NCBI GenBank assembly: GCA_964616985.1
Contig: CAZTVF010000002.1
Span: 25,114-89,113, forward strand
Origin: an uncultured Planctomycetaceae bacterium
Lineage (GTDB): Bacteria > Planctomycetota > Phycisphaerae > SM23-33
Reading direction: 5' to 3'
Length of the DNA stretch: 64,000 bases
In this document: piece by piece, positions 36,488 through 46,243 of the stretch
Layout: each line of letters starts with the position of its first letter
Numbering within the stretch: position 1 is the stretch's first letter
Notes under the pieces: model-generated
Databases searched by the model: none
What the model was told of the DNA's origin: nothing
What the model saw: the letters and a program-made list of their open reading frames with translations, nothing else
Made by a program: the position numbers and the translations under genes

Positions 36488-37954
36488 TTACGAGGGCTCG
36501 CCAGCAGCCATTCGCTTGGTCGCCCGGTAGTAGAACGGGCTGGCGACGGGGCCTTTAAGAAGCGGGTCGTTGGTCTGCTTCATCCACGTGCCGAGACGCT
36601 GGCGCATCTGGCCCAGCAAGGCCGCGTGCTCGGGCTTCTTCACCAGGTTTCTTGTCTCCCGGGGATCCTGCTGGAGGTCGAACAACTCCTCGGCCGGGCG
36701 CGTGGTGTAACGCTGGGCCAGCTCGATGTCGCTCCCCATGTGGTGGATGTCCGAGGGCGTCTCGTACAGGCCATTCTTCTCGAAGTAGCACACATACTTG
36801 TAGCGGCCGGTGCGGATGCAGCGGATGGGGTCATACCAGTCGTGGAAGGTCTTCTCTGCGAAGACCTGCTCGTTGGGCTGGTAGCTGGCGGAGTTCAGCA
36901 GGCCGGCGAAGCTCCGACCCTGGATGCTGGACGGAATGCTGATGCCGCAGGCCTCGAGCAGTGTGGGCAGGATATCGATATTTGAGATCAGTTCCTCGCA
37001 CTGCCGTCCGCCCGTCCACTTGCCCCCCGGCCAGCGGATCATCAGCATCGTCTCGATACCCGGGTCGTACAGCGTGCTCTTGGCGCGGGGCATGGCGATG
37101 CCGTGGTCCGTGGTGACCACGAAGATCGTGTTATCGGCGACGCCCTGAGCTTCCAGTAGTTCCATCAACATGCCCAGCCCCTGGTCGAAACGGCGGACCA
37201 TTCCCTGGAACTGGGCCAGTTCGACGCGGGTGAGGGGGCCGTCGTTGAGATAGGGCGGTACGTGCACGCCGAGCGAATCATCCGGCTGTGTGCCGAAGGT
37301 CTCCCAGCCGCGGTGCGTCTCAAACCCGCCCACCTGGCAGAAGAACGGTTTGCCGCGGTCGCGGCCCTCCAGCACCGGTTGCAGATGCTTGGGCAGGTCC
37401 AAGAGGTGATGATTGTCGTCGATGACGTCGAAGCCAAGCTTCTTGGAGTCGGGCGATTCGTGCTGTCCCGCCAGCAGCCACGTGGCGTACCCGGCCGCGC
37501 CGAACAGCTTCGCCGCCGGCTTTTCGTCGTCGTGCATCTCCCAGCCGAAGTCGCCATGCACCAGACCCATCACTCCGTTGGAGTGCGGGTAGCGACCGGT
37601 GACGATGGCCGCCCGGCTGGGGCTGCACAAGGGGCCTGTGCAGAAGCTGTTCTTGAACAGGACGCCTTGGCCCGCGAGCTTCTCGCAGTTGGGCGTGTGC
37701 ACCGTCTTGATGCCGTAAGGGCTGATGTGCCTGCCGGTATCGTGCGTGATCAGCAGCACGACGTTCGGCCGGCTGCCTGCGGGCCCGGTCGTGGCGGCGG
37801 CCGGCCGGCCGGTGGCCTCCGGTTCGTCCTGCCGCGTACACGCCAGCCCTGCCGTCGCCAACGCCGCCGCTGCACCGACTGTTGCCTTCATGAAATGCCT
37901 CCTGCTGATTCTTGTATTGCCCATAGGGTCACGGTTCCTCCGAATCCCAGCCAT
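36488..37954 (-). CDS. Cys-type sulfatase with twin-arginine signal
   Basis: Tat-like 'ISRRHFMKATVGAAAALATAGLA', 'NVVLLITHDTG', 'CSPSRAAIVTGRYPHSNG', 'VTTDHG', 'DPRETRNL'. Confidence 0.9.
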   Translation of the reverse strand: MAGIRRNRDPMGNTRISRRHFMKATVGAAAALATAGLACTRQDEPEATGRPAAATTGPAGSRPNVVLLITHDTGRHISPYGIKTVHTPNCEKLAGQGVLFKNSFCTGPLCSPSRAAIVTGRYPHSNGVMGLVHGDFGWEMHDDEKPAAKLFGAAGYATWLLAGQHESPDSKKLGFDVIDDNHHLLDLPKHLQPVLEGRDRGKPFFCQVGGFETHRGWETFGTQPDDSLGVHVPPYLNDGPLTRVELAQFQGMVRRFDQGLGMLMELLEAQGVADNTIFVVTTDHGIAMPRAKSTLYDPGIETMLMIRWPGGKWTGGRQCEELISNIDILPTLLEACGISIPSSIQGRSFAGLLNSASYQPNEQVFAEKTFHDWYDPIRCIRTGRYKYVCYFEKNGLYETPSDIHHMGSDIELAQRYTTRPAEELFDLQQDPRETRNLVKKPEHAALLGQMRQRLGTWMKQTNDPLLKGPVASPFYYRATKRMAAGEPS

Positions 37955-38071
37955 CCTGTCCGCCGCCGGACTCCGCGAGCACGCCCGCCAGCAGGTTCAT
38001 GGGCGGCATGCCGATGACATGGGCAACGAAGGCGTCGGCCGGTGGACGGCAAACCGTTATTCGGATCACTG

Positions 38072-39472
38072 TCATGAGACTTTGTTTCTGTTTGCCGCCC
38101 GCGCGGCGGTGTATTCCGCCTGCATGTTCTCAAACCATGCCTCCAGGTCGCAAAGCATCCGTGAGGCGCGATCGGGATGCTGGGCCGCCAGGTCGCTTTT
38201 CTCGAGCGGATCGGCGGCAAGGTTGAACAGTTGCGGCGGCGGGGGCGGGGGAACGGTTCGCGGAGGATCGTCCCCGTCGTCGATGCCGTTGTGGATGAAG
38301 TGTTCCGGCCCGTACATCGACACCCATAGCCAGTGGAGGTCGGGCACCGTGAAGGCCTCCGCGATGCCGGGACGGACAAGCTTCCAGTCGCCGTCGCGGA
38401 CGGCGGCGTTGCAGGTGACCAGCGGCGTGTAGCGGTTCCACTGCCAGTAGCGGTGCGTGCAGGTGCGGCCCTTCTCGCCGCGAAGCGCCGGCAGCACGCT
38501 CACGCCGTCGAGCGGCAGGCTATCTGGCGGCCGTTGAATGCCGGCCATCTCAAGCAACGTGGGATACCAGTCGGTGAAATGCACCATTTCGTCGACGACC
38601 CGGCCGCGGTCCAGTCCCGCCGGCCAGCGGAGGATGCCCGGCACGCGGATGCCACCTTCGAGCACGCTGCCCTTGGCGCCATTGAATTGACAGTTGAATC
38701 GGGTGGTGCACTGTTCCCCCGAGCCCCCGAACTGCGGTCCGTTGTCGCTGGAGAACAGCACGATGGTGTTGTCCTCCAATCCGTGCCGGTTGAGCGTCTC
38801 CAGGATGCGGGCGATGCCCTTGTCCATGCGATGGATCATGGCGTAGATAGTGGCCACAGCGCGGTTGTGCTTGGCGGGATCAACGAAGGGCAATATCTCG
38901 TCGGCGGGGGCCTGCAGCGGCGTGTGGGGGGCATTGAACGTGACGTGCAGGAAGAAGGGCCGCGAGCGGTTGCGGTCGATGAATTCGCACGCTTCCTGCG
39001 TCCAGACATCGGTGAGGTAGCGGCCGTCGGTGCGACGGACGCTCTGGCCGAACTCCACGCGCCATTGATAGTAGTCGTGCATCCCCCCGCGGAAGCAGAC
39101 GGTCTCGTCGAATCCTCGCTGGTCGGGGTGGTACCGCGGATCGAACGCGCCGAGGTGCCATTTGCCCACCAGGCCGGTGCGATAGCCCGCACCTCGCAGC
39201 GCGTCGGCCAGTGTTCGCTCGCGCAGGCTCAGTCGCTCCAGCCCGCGCCACTCCAGTGTGTCGACCGATCCCGTGCGGTGCGGGTACCGCCCCGTCAGCA
39301 GCGCCGCGCGCGAGGGATTGCACACCGGCGAGGCGGTGTACTGCTGCGTCAGGCACACTCCTTGGTCCATGAGCGCATCGAGTGTCGGTGTTCTGGAGGC
39401 GCCCCCATTGAAGCGAGAGAAGTCGCCATATCCCATGTCGTCAGCGAGGATCACGATGATATTTGGACGCAT
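38072..39472 (-). CDS. Cys-type sulfatase
   Basis: 'NIIVILADDMGYGD', 'CNPSRAALLTGRYPHRTG', 'FSSDNGPQFGG', 'DPLEKSDL'. The ORF track extends to 39655. ATG 39472 (MRPNIIVIL) fits the family N-terminus. Confidence 0.85.
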   Translation of the reverse strand: MRPNIIVILADDMGYGDFSRFNGGASRTPTLDALMDQGVCLTQQYTASPVCNPSRAALLTGRYPHRTGSVDTLEWRGLERLSLRERTLADALRGAGYRTGLVGKWHLGAFDPRYHPDQRGFDETVCFRGGMHDYYQWRVEFGQSVRRTDGRYLTDVWTQEACEFIDRNRSRPFFLHVTFNAPHTPLQAPADEILPFVDPAKHNRAVATIYAMIHRMDKGIARILETLNRHGLEDNTIVLFSSDNGPQFGGSGEQCTTRFNCQFNGAKGSVLEGGIRVPGILRWPAGLDRGRVVDEMVHFTDWYPTLLEMAGIQRPPDSLPLDGVSVLPALRGEKGRTCTHRYWQWNRYTPLVTCNAAVRDGDWKLVRPGIAEAFTVPDLHWLWVSMYGPEHFIHNGIDDGDDPPRTVPPPPPPQLFNLAADPLEKSDLAAQHPDRASRMLCDLEAWFENMQAEYTAARAANRNKVS

Positions 39473-39651
39473 TCGCTTGCTCCTGTGTGCCGGCCTGCGC
39501 GACGGACCGACACACTTGAAGGGCCATCGGTCGCGAGTCTCGTCCGCCGGCTTCATCTTGGCGCCTGGGCTGGCGGCACTCGCTTCGTTTGCCTTTTCGG
39601 GCGACCCAACGGGGCCTTTCGGATTCGTCTTGTTGACCTTCCGACAGCGGA

Positions 39652-40000
39652 TCAACTTCCGCCGCTCATCGCGAACGGCCCGCTGCGCGTCGCGGCAGCG
39701 GTGAAGGCATAGCCGCGGACCTTCGCCGTCTTGCCCGTGATTACCCGCAAAAGGCTGCGGCCGTCAAGCCCATCCGGGACGACCACGCCCGCCAACTTGC
39801 GGGCAGTCGGGTAGATGTCGTAGAGATACGCGAAGTTCGGGAGCCGTCTTCGGGGGATGCCAGGGCCGCCAGACACCAGCGGCACGTGCATGCCGCGTGG
39901 AGGTTGCTGCCGAGCAGGGCATGCTCGCCGAGCGAGAGCCCGCTGTCGCCACGATATTGCGACGGTGGCTGCGTATGTCACTGAGGTCACGCGGGGCCGG
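39652..40000 (-). pseudogene. decayed sulfatase remnant
   Basis: One frame gives 'HVPLVSGGPGIPRRRLPNFAYLYDIYPTARKLAGVVVPDGLDGRSLLRVITGK', a typical sulfatase C-terminal half. The expected upstream 'GDSGLSLGEHALLGSNL' (SDxGxxLGEH box) is in a different frame and is preceded by stop codons. No N-terminal catalytic half is present. Confidence 0.55.
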
Positions 40001-40187
40001 AAGGATCACACGGGGTCGGCCGTCCCCCGCCGCACGGGGACACGAACCGTTCCGCTATCCAATCACCAGGCACTGGTGGATCGATTCGCAGTGCACCGTG
40101 GTTCCCGTTTCAGGCGCATCTCCCGCCGGCTCCGCTCCTGGTGTTCTGTGTTCCGCCCCGGGCGAAGGCAGATCGGATTGTGGGGTA

Positions 40188-41318
40188 TCAGCCATTGCCG
40201 CACAGTTCACGGCAGCAATCGACGACGAACTTCGTCTGCTCTACGGTTCGGTTCGGGTAGCCCGCCAGGCCCAGGATGAAGTGGTCCCATGGCGCTGCTT
40301 CCCGGATCATCTGATGGATGCCTGCCCGCACTGCGGCGCGATCGTCCATCGGGCCGGCCAGTTGACCGACCCCGGCCATGATCGTGATGCGGCCGCCCAG
40401 TGCCTTGCGCCCCTGGGCCACCGTGACATTACCGAGGGGGGGAGTCGTGAAGGCATGCACCGCGTCCATCTTCGTGCGGCGGTACAGCGGCAGCAGGTCG
40501 CGGATCAGGCCGCAGGAGTGGTGGAAGTAGATCTTGCCGGCGGCATGCGACGCATCGACGCGGGCGTCGGTCAGAGCCAGATTGCATTCCTCGAACATCG
40601 CCGGCGAGATCGCCGTCGTGGAGGTGTCGTCCACACTGACCACCACATCGATGTCGGACTGCACCCCGACCTTAAGGCGCTGCAGGTAGTTCGCCTCCAT
40701 CACGGCGAAGCAGTCGCGCAGGGCATTGGGCGCGTCGGCCCAGAGATACGCCAGGGCCGCCACGCCCGAATAGATGCGGAACATCATGCCCAGCGGTGTG
40801 CCATCCATCGATCCCAGGATCAGGCCATCTTCGCCGATGAGTTTACGGCGATCGTGGGTCCTGGCGATCGCGTCGGGATTGGCCTCGATGACCTCGTCCT
40901 CGAAGATCGATGCCAAGGGCGGCAGGTCTGCAGGCCCTTTCACCAGGTGCTCGGTCCAATTGCTGGAGACCGCGCCGCTGCTGTCGCGGCAGACCTGGAT
41001 GACCTCGCGCAGATCGCCCTTGGGGGTGTGCCAGACGTGGGTGGTGACGTCACCCTCGGCGCGACTCTCGACCGTGACATTTCGCCGCGTGATGCGATAC
41101 GGCAGCCCGTACCAGTCCATGATGTCCAGGCCGAAATACCGCGAGAAGGTTACCGTGGCTGTGTCGCCCCAATGCACCTCGCCCAGCGCGGCGACCAGGG
41201 CGGGGTCCATGCCTTCGCGGCTGGGTTGGTTATAGGGATCGCAGTGCCCGGCGACCGGAATCCACTCCGGCGTCTCGTGACGGAAGATTTTCAACAGGTT
41301 CTCACGGGGAGTAGTCAT
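40188..41318 (-). CDS. uroporphyrinogen-decarboxylase (URO-D)/MtaA-family protein
   Basis: 376 aa with overall URO-D-family layout: N-terminal 'LLKIFRHETPEWIPV', central 'VVVSVDDTSTTAISPAMFEE', 'IYFHHSCGLIRDLLPLY'. Assigned by pattern recall, not by search. Confidence 0.6.
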   Translation of the reverse strand: MTTPRENLLKIFRHETPEWIPVAGHCDPYNQPSREGMDPALVAALGEVHWGDTATVTFSRYFGLDIMDWYGLPYRITRRNVTVESRAEGDVTTHVWHTPKGDLREVIQVCRDSSGAVSSNWTEHLVKGPADLPPLASIFEDEVIEANPDAIARTHDRRKLIGEDGLILGSMDGTPLGMMFRIYSGVAALAYLWADAPNALRDCFAVMEANYLQRLKVGVQSDIDVVVSVDDTSTTAISPAMFEECNLALTDARVDASHAAGKIYFHHSCGLIRDLLPLYRRTKMDAVHAFTTPPLGNVTVAQGRKALGGRITIMAGVGQLAGPMDDRAAVRAGIHQMIREAAPWDHFILGLAGYPNRTVEQTKFVVDCCRELCGNG

Positions 41319-41482
41319 ACGCCCTTCCCTTCTTCGCTTTCAGGCCGTCGGGCGCGCCTGGAATATGACGCCCCGGCCGTTCGAGCGTCTGCACCAACTC
41401 GCCAGGCGCGGGCCTCACGGCCGGTCCGGACATTCCACTCCATCGGCGTGGATCGCTGCGCGTTCATCAGCCGCTCTCCCGG

Positions 41483-42643
41483 TCACACTTCCTTGTTCTT
41501 CGTCACCGTGGCGCGGTCGGGCATGGCATCCCATTGGGGCACGTCGACGATGAAGACCTGGCCATATCCCTGTGCATCGGCGGCGTAGAGCACCTTCGTG
41601 CCATCGGCGTGAACGCAGGGGTGAACGTGAAGGGTTTGGGTGTGGAATGAGCCGCGATGCCACGCCAGCACCTTGGGCCCCTGGAGTACGCCATCCTTCA
41701 TTCGCCAAGCCAGCAGGTAGGGCTCCTGCGCGTTCCCATCGCCGATGATCAGATCGAGTCTGTGGCTGTGAAAATGCCAGCAATGGCCATTGAAACTGGA
41801 CTCGACGTGATCCGTGTTGTCGTAGCGGATCATGCCGAAGATCCCGCCTTTGGCATTGCCCCCGTGATAGCCGATGTGCTCGCCGTCGGGCATCCAGCAC
41901 TCGTGTCCGACGTATTCGCCAGGCAGCTTGGGACGGATCTTCCATGCCTTGCCGGTATTGATGTCGAGCCCCCAGATGCGGTTGTCTACCTTGTGCCACG
42001 GGCCTTCGTGACAGAACGTGACGATGTTCGGCAATCTGGGTGACGCGTTGAAATGGCCCAGCCAGTAACGCTCCTCATGGATAAGCTGCGACTCACCGCC
42101 GTCCACCGGAATCTTCCAGACCGTCGAGTGTGGCTTCGCTGCCCATATCTCGTTGAAGCCGATGTACCCGTTGAGCAGATCGACCTGGAAACGGCTGGAC
42201 AGATCCTCGCTGAACCCTGTGCAGACATGCTTGCCGTCGGCCGTCGCATCCGCCAGGTTTCCGGTGTAACCATCCGGGCACTTGAGCAGCGGCCGTGACT
42301 TGAGCGTTGCGAGGTCCAGCGCCGTGATCGTGTTGTCATAGAGGAAGTAGATCTCTTCGCGAACCGGATTCTTGCTGAGGCTGTGACGGTTCACCACCTT
42401 CGCCGGGTCCCAATCGGTGAGTTGCGTCATCTCGCCCGAGACCAGATCCACGCCATACAAGTTGATGCGGTTCCCGCGATCCGAGGCGATCACAAGCTTG
42501 CGTCCCTGGTCATACCAGCAGGGATATGTGAAGTAGGAGTGATTGCTGTGGGCGCGGTAGTTGGTCAGTTGTCGTACCGTGGCGCCGCTGACCGGGTCTT
42601 TGCTGACTCCCAATTCCGAGGGCCATCGTGTTCCAGTTCCCAT
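41483..42643 (-). CDS. oligogalacturonate-lyase-like (PL22) beta-propeller protein
   Basis: 386 aa. 'DPVSGATVRQLTNYRAHSNHSYFTYPCWYDQGRKLVIASDRGNRINLYGVDLVSGEMTQLTD' and 'WLGHFNASPRLPNIVTFCHEGPWHKVDNRIWGLD' match my recollection of the Ogl family signature (...FCHEGPH...RMW...). Confidence 0.65.
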   Translation of the reverse strand: MGTGTRWPSELGVSKDPVSGATVRQLTNYRAHSNHSYFTYPCWYDQGRKLVIASDRGNRINLYGVDLVSGEMTQLTDWDPAKVVNRHSLSKNPVREEIYFLYDNTITALDLATLKSRPLLKCPDGYTGNLADATADGKHVCTGFSEDLSSRFQVDLLNGYIGFNEIWAAKPHSTVWKIPVDGGESQLIHEERYWLGHFNASPRLPNIVTFCHEGPWHKVDNRIWGLDINTGKAWKIRPKLPGEYVGHECWMPDGEHIGYHGGNAKGGIFGMIRYDNTDHVESSFNGHCWHFHSHRLDLIIGDGNAQEPYLLAWRMKDGVLQGPKVLAWHRGSFHTQTLHVHPCVHADGTKVLYAADAQGYGQVFIVDVPQWDAMPDRATVTKNKEV

Positions 42644-42807
42644 GCGGTTTCCTTATCTTTGCGGACGATAGAACAGCGGGAAGTACTCTATTGGGCCAGT
42701 TCGTGAGAGTCGCGTCAAGCACCATTCGGCACGGCTGCCTCTGGTTTGCCCAAGCTACGTTCCATCGTGTTCCTTAGCCGGTCGTTTCCTTCCTCGTCTG
42801 ATCTTGT

Positions 42808-43752
42808 CTATGCGAACACCGCGAGGTCATCCCAGTAGATCTGCGTCACGCCGCCGCGGCTGCGAACATAGTCGACCAGCGCCGCCGAGGTATAGAGCTT
42901 CATCGGGTTCCAGCCATATAGCGGCTGGGGCTGGGGCGACCGTGGGTTGTAGGTCCAGTTGGTTACGTTGAAAATGCTCACCACATCGCCACCGGCGGGT
43001 CGGACCCGGAAGGTGAAGCGGCCTGTCTGGGCATCGCCCATGCGATAGCCGGTCTCGCATTCCAGCCAGACGCCGATGGGCACAGGGAAATCGCGGTGTA
43101 CACTCTCCCACGTGGGCAGGTCCCACCCGGGGTATTCGGGAAAAACGGGTGTTCCGTCTCTGGCGATTGGCTGGCCGTGAACGCTGAAATGCAGATCCTT
43201 CGTGCCGGCGCCGGGCTCACGGTGCAGGCCCAGCGTGATGCGGAAGGACAGCTTCCCGCCCTCCCAGCCTGGGTCGAACCAGAATTCCTGCAAGGTCAGC
43301 CATCGGAAGCCGACTTCCCAATCTCGCAAGACCGCCAGATCCGGGTGCAGGTACATCCTCAGACGACAGCTCATCGCTGCCAGATTCCTGTTCTGGTAGA
43401 TGTCGGCCTGTACTCGCGCTTTCGAACCGCCGGGGTAGTTTTCGTTGGCGCGAGAGATGCTGAACTGCAACACGTGATTCCCGCTCGACGTGGGGTCGTC
43501 GATAATCCGGGCGAAGCGATCTGCGACCGTGCCGCCCAAGTACGCAATATCGAAGAACCCCAGCTGCGGCTCACCCCCGGGAGTCGCCAACTCGCCGGGC
43601 CGCGACCAGGGATGCGGCAGGCGCTGATGGAAGACCGCCCAGTCATTCGGCGGCGCGACCGAGTGATCCACGCCGGTGAAAACCTCATGCGCGTCAGTGG
43701 GCAGGCCGCAGGTATGGGCTTCAAAACCAGTCTGGAACAACAGGTTGCTCAT
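42808..43752 (-). CDS. hypothetical protein, possibly a jelly-roll polysaccharide-lyase-like enzyme
   Basis: ATG 43752 follows AGGAGG. No signal peptide. Beta-rich sequence ('KARVQADIYQNRN', 'FRWLTLQEFWFDPGW', 'FRITLGL'). The function is guessed from context only. Confidence 0.35.
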   Translation of the reverse strand: MSNLLFQTGFEAHTCGLPTDAHEVFTGVDHSVAPPNDWAVFHQRLPHPWSRPGELATPGGEPQLGFFDIAYLGGTVADRFARIIDDPTSSGNHVLQFSISRANENYPGGSKARVQADIYQNRNLAAMSCRLRMYLHPDLAVLRDWEVGFRWLTLQEFWFDPGWEGGKLSFRITLGLHREPGAGTKDLHFSVHGQPIARDGTPVFPEYPGWDLPTWESVHRDFPVPIGVWLECETGYRMGDAQTGRFTFRVRPAGGDVVSIFNVTNWTYNPRSPQPQPLYGWNPMKLYTSAALVDYVRSRGGVTQIYWDDLAVFA

Positions 43753-43836
43753 GGTGTTGTGGCCTCCTTGGAGGGGTGGGGAATCCTGCTTCGGATCCCG
43801 GGGGTATCGCCTCGGTTGTCCGGTCATCGCGAGGCC

Positions 43837-46035
43837 TCACTTGCTTCTCAAGTGGAGAACCAAGGTCTTCTTGGCGGGCACATCCAAGATCACTTCGTCC
43901 ACATTTGTCGCCAGCACTTCGCCGGTAAAGATCTCCGTCACCTGCGGCGCCACCCGCGGAAAATGCAGGCGCTTCGTCCCGGCCTGGCGGGTGTGGATCA
44001 TCAGGAACTCGCCGCTGGCATAGAGGGCATCGTCGGTTTCAGAGTAGAGGTGCACGCCTGCGAGGCGGGCGGCCAGCTTGTACAGCGCGGGCGAAGCCGC
44101 CGGCACGGCGGAGAGGATGATCCTGCCCTTGCCGCGTGTGACCATAGCTGCCGCCACGGCGCCATCGGCGTAGCGGGCCAGCGGGGTGGCGTGGGGATCG
44201 TTGATGACGTAGCGGAAGTGCTCGGTCTTGAGGTTACCGATCTGGCGTGCCTCGGGCTCGATCCCGTGCTCGTCGGCCGCCGCGTCGTCAATCATCGCAG
44301 CCAGCACGCCGGGGCCGTCAACCCGCACCTTCATCCCTAGCAATTGCTCCATGTTGTCGAGCGAAGCCGTCTCGCCATCGACCATGCCCGCGGCGTAGAG
44401 GAACAGTGCCGTAGCGCCGGCCTCGACACGGCGATGGATGGCCGCCCGAGTCGTGGGCTCGCAGAGGAACGAGAAGGGGAAGATCATCAGTTTGTAGTCG
44501 CCCACGTCCGGGCGCAGGAAGTCCTCGGCCACGATCGCATCGTTGGGCGCGCCCAGGCGCATGAGCTTCTCGATGTTGTCCTGCGTCATGTCGCTCAGAA
44601 GTTGCTGATTGGGACCGCTCCAGACGGTCTTAGGTGCAAGCCGATGGTCGGCCAGCCCGAAATACTTCCATGAGCGGTTCTCCAGCACGACGAGGGTCTC
44701 GGCGACGCTCGTGTGGGGCACGTCCAGCATGGCCTGCCCAACCCGCATCTGGCGGGAAAGCTCCGCGAGCAGTTCCGGGCGGTCGAACCAGCCGCCGGGC
44801 ATGTCGAAGTACCAGATCCCTTGCCGCTGACAGAGAAGCATCGCGGCGAACTCGCGCCGCATGGAGCCAATCGCGTCGTCGATGGAGGCCTCGTCCCACC
44901 CGTCATTGGCCGTCGAGGGGCGGATGTCGGCCTCGCCGATATTGAGCTTGCCATGCAGTTCCAGGGATCTGCCGGCCGTGTTCATGTAGACCGAGACTCC
45001 GCCTGCCTTGCGATCACAATACGTCAGGCAGCAGACGACGAATCCCAGGGCTGAGTGTTCTAGCACGGACAGGAACTTGCCGGGCATCGTCTGCACGCCG
45101 CTGAAGGCGGTGTTCATCGTGGCCAGGTGGAAGATGCCGTGGAAAAGGGGCGGTCCATCCTTTGCCATGCGATCGAAAATGGATAGGAGCATCCCCGTGG
45201 GGTGGTCGTTGTAGCAGTCGAGGAAATCCTGGATCCAGCGAGAGCCAGGTTGCGACGGGTCGCGGAAGCCGCCGACATCGCTGACCGTCCGCTCTTCGAT
45301 CCCCGGCAAGGGCGGGTTGGTGAACTCAGCGGTTGGACTGCCCCAAGCCGCGCGCAGGTTCTCGACGGTGCCGTACGTCTTCTGCAGGAACCGGCCGAAC
45401 TCGCGGGTCACGGCCGGACAGATGTCCATCATCAGTCCCCAGGCGCCTCCCGGGTTGCCCCAGTTCCACTCGAAGCCGGCGCCGCAGATCACCGTGCCGA
45501 TGATGCGAGCGGCATACGGCTGTGCCGCGAGGTGTTCGAGTATCCTCGCCATGGCCGCGGGTGCATAGTCGCGGTAGGTCTCGGAGAACAGCGAGATCTG
45601 GTCAAATACTTGGCAAGCCTTGGCGTCGGAGGTGTCGCCGGGCCGGCGCGAGACTTGGATCTGCTCGTCCTTCGGCAGCGGCGGCGGGGGGATGATGACG
45701 CGAAGAATGAACCACCCTTCGGGACCTACCTCGATCAATCGCCGCATCACGGTGTCAAAATGGCTGAAGTCGAATTCCCCGTTCGGCCCGTAGCCGATCT
45801 CCGGCATGCACGGCTGAAAGATGCGGATGCCGGCCGAGTAGACGCGCCCGATCTGCTCGTAGACAACGTCATTGGCATAGTCGTAGCCGGGCGTGCCGCG
45901 TGCCACGTAATGCGTTCGTGCAAAGGCGAAGATCAACGGCAAATGCCGCTCGCCGTTGATGGTCAGGGCCATCGCTCCGCCGGTCCGTTCCAGCCGCACG
46001 GCGGGAAAGGACTTACTGCCCGTCGTCTCATTCAT
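43837..46035 (-). CDS. putative glycoside hydrolase (GH42-like layout)
   Basis: 732 aa from ATG 46035 (MNETTG...). 'GPNGEFDFSHFDTVMRRLIEVGPEGWFILRV' and 'IIGTVICGAGFEWNWG' resemble the GH42 TIM-barrel N-terminal region. Not verified. Confidence 0.4.
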   Translation of the reverse strand: MNETTGSKSFPAVRLERTGGAMALTINGERHLPLIFAFARTHYVARGTPGYDYANDVVYEQIGRVYSAGIRIFQPCMPEIGYGPNGEFDFSHFDTVMRRLIEVGPEGWFILRVIIPPPPLPKDEQIQVSRRPGDTSDAKACQVFDQISLFSETYRDYAPAAMARILEHLAAQPYAARIIGTVICGAGFEWNWGNPGGAWGLMMDICPAVTREFGRFLQKTYGTVENLRAAWGSPTAEFTNPPLPGIEERTVSDVGGFRDPSQPGSRWIQDFLDCYNDHPTGMLLSIFDRMAKDGPPLFHGIFHLATMNTAFSGVQTMPGKFLSVLEHSALGFVVCCLTYCDRKAGGVSVYMNTAGRSLELHGKLNIGEADIRPSTANDGWDEASIDDAIGSMRREFAAMLLCQRQGIWYFDMPGGWFDRPELLAELSRQMRVGQAMLDVPHTSVAETLVVLENRSWKYFGLADHRLAPKTVWSGPNQQLLSDMTQDNIEKLMRLGAPNDAIVAEDFLRPDVGDYKLMIFPFSFLCEPTTRAAIHRRVEAGATALFLYAAGMVDGETASLDNMEQLLGMKVRVDGPGVLAAMIDDAAADEHGIEPEARQIGNLKTEHFRYVINDPHATPLARYADGAVAAAMVTRGKGRIILSAVPAASPALYKLAARLAGVHLYSETDDALYASGEFLMIHTRQAGTKRLHFPRVAPQVTEIFTGEVLATNVDEVILDVPAKKTLVLHLRSK

Positions 46036-46243
46036 CGTCACGTCACCTGTTCCTATGGTGAGGTTCCAGTGTTGCGTCTTTGGCCTTGGCGAGACATAGC
46101 AGATCGCCCGGCGTTCGGCAACACCATGCATCATCTCCAACCCCTCTTTCGGTCCGGCCAGGGTAGTCCCTCATGCCTTTCCGCCCATAGGATCTAGCCC
46201 AATCCCATCACCTCCGCCGGCGGCAGCACATGCACGGCGCATG

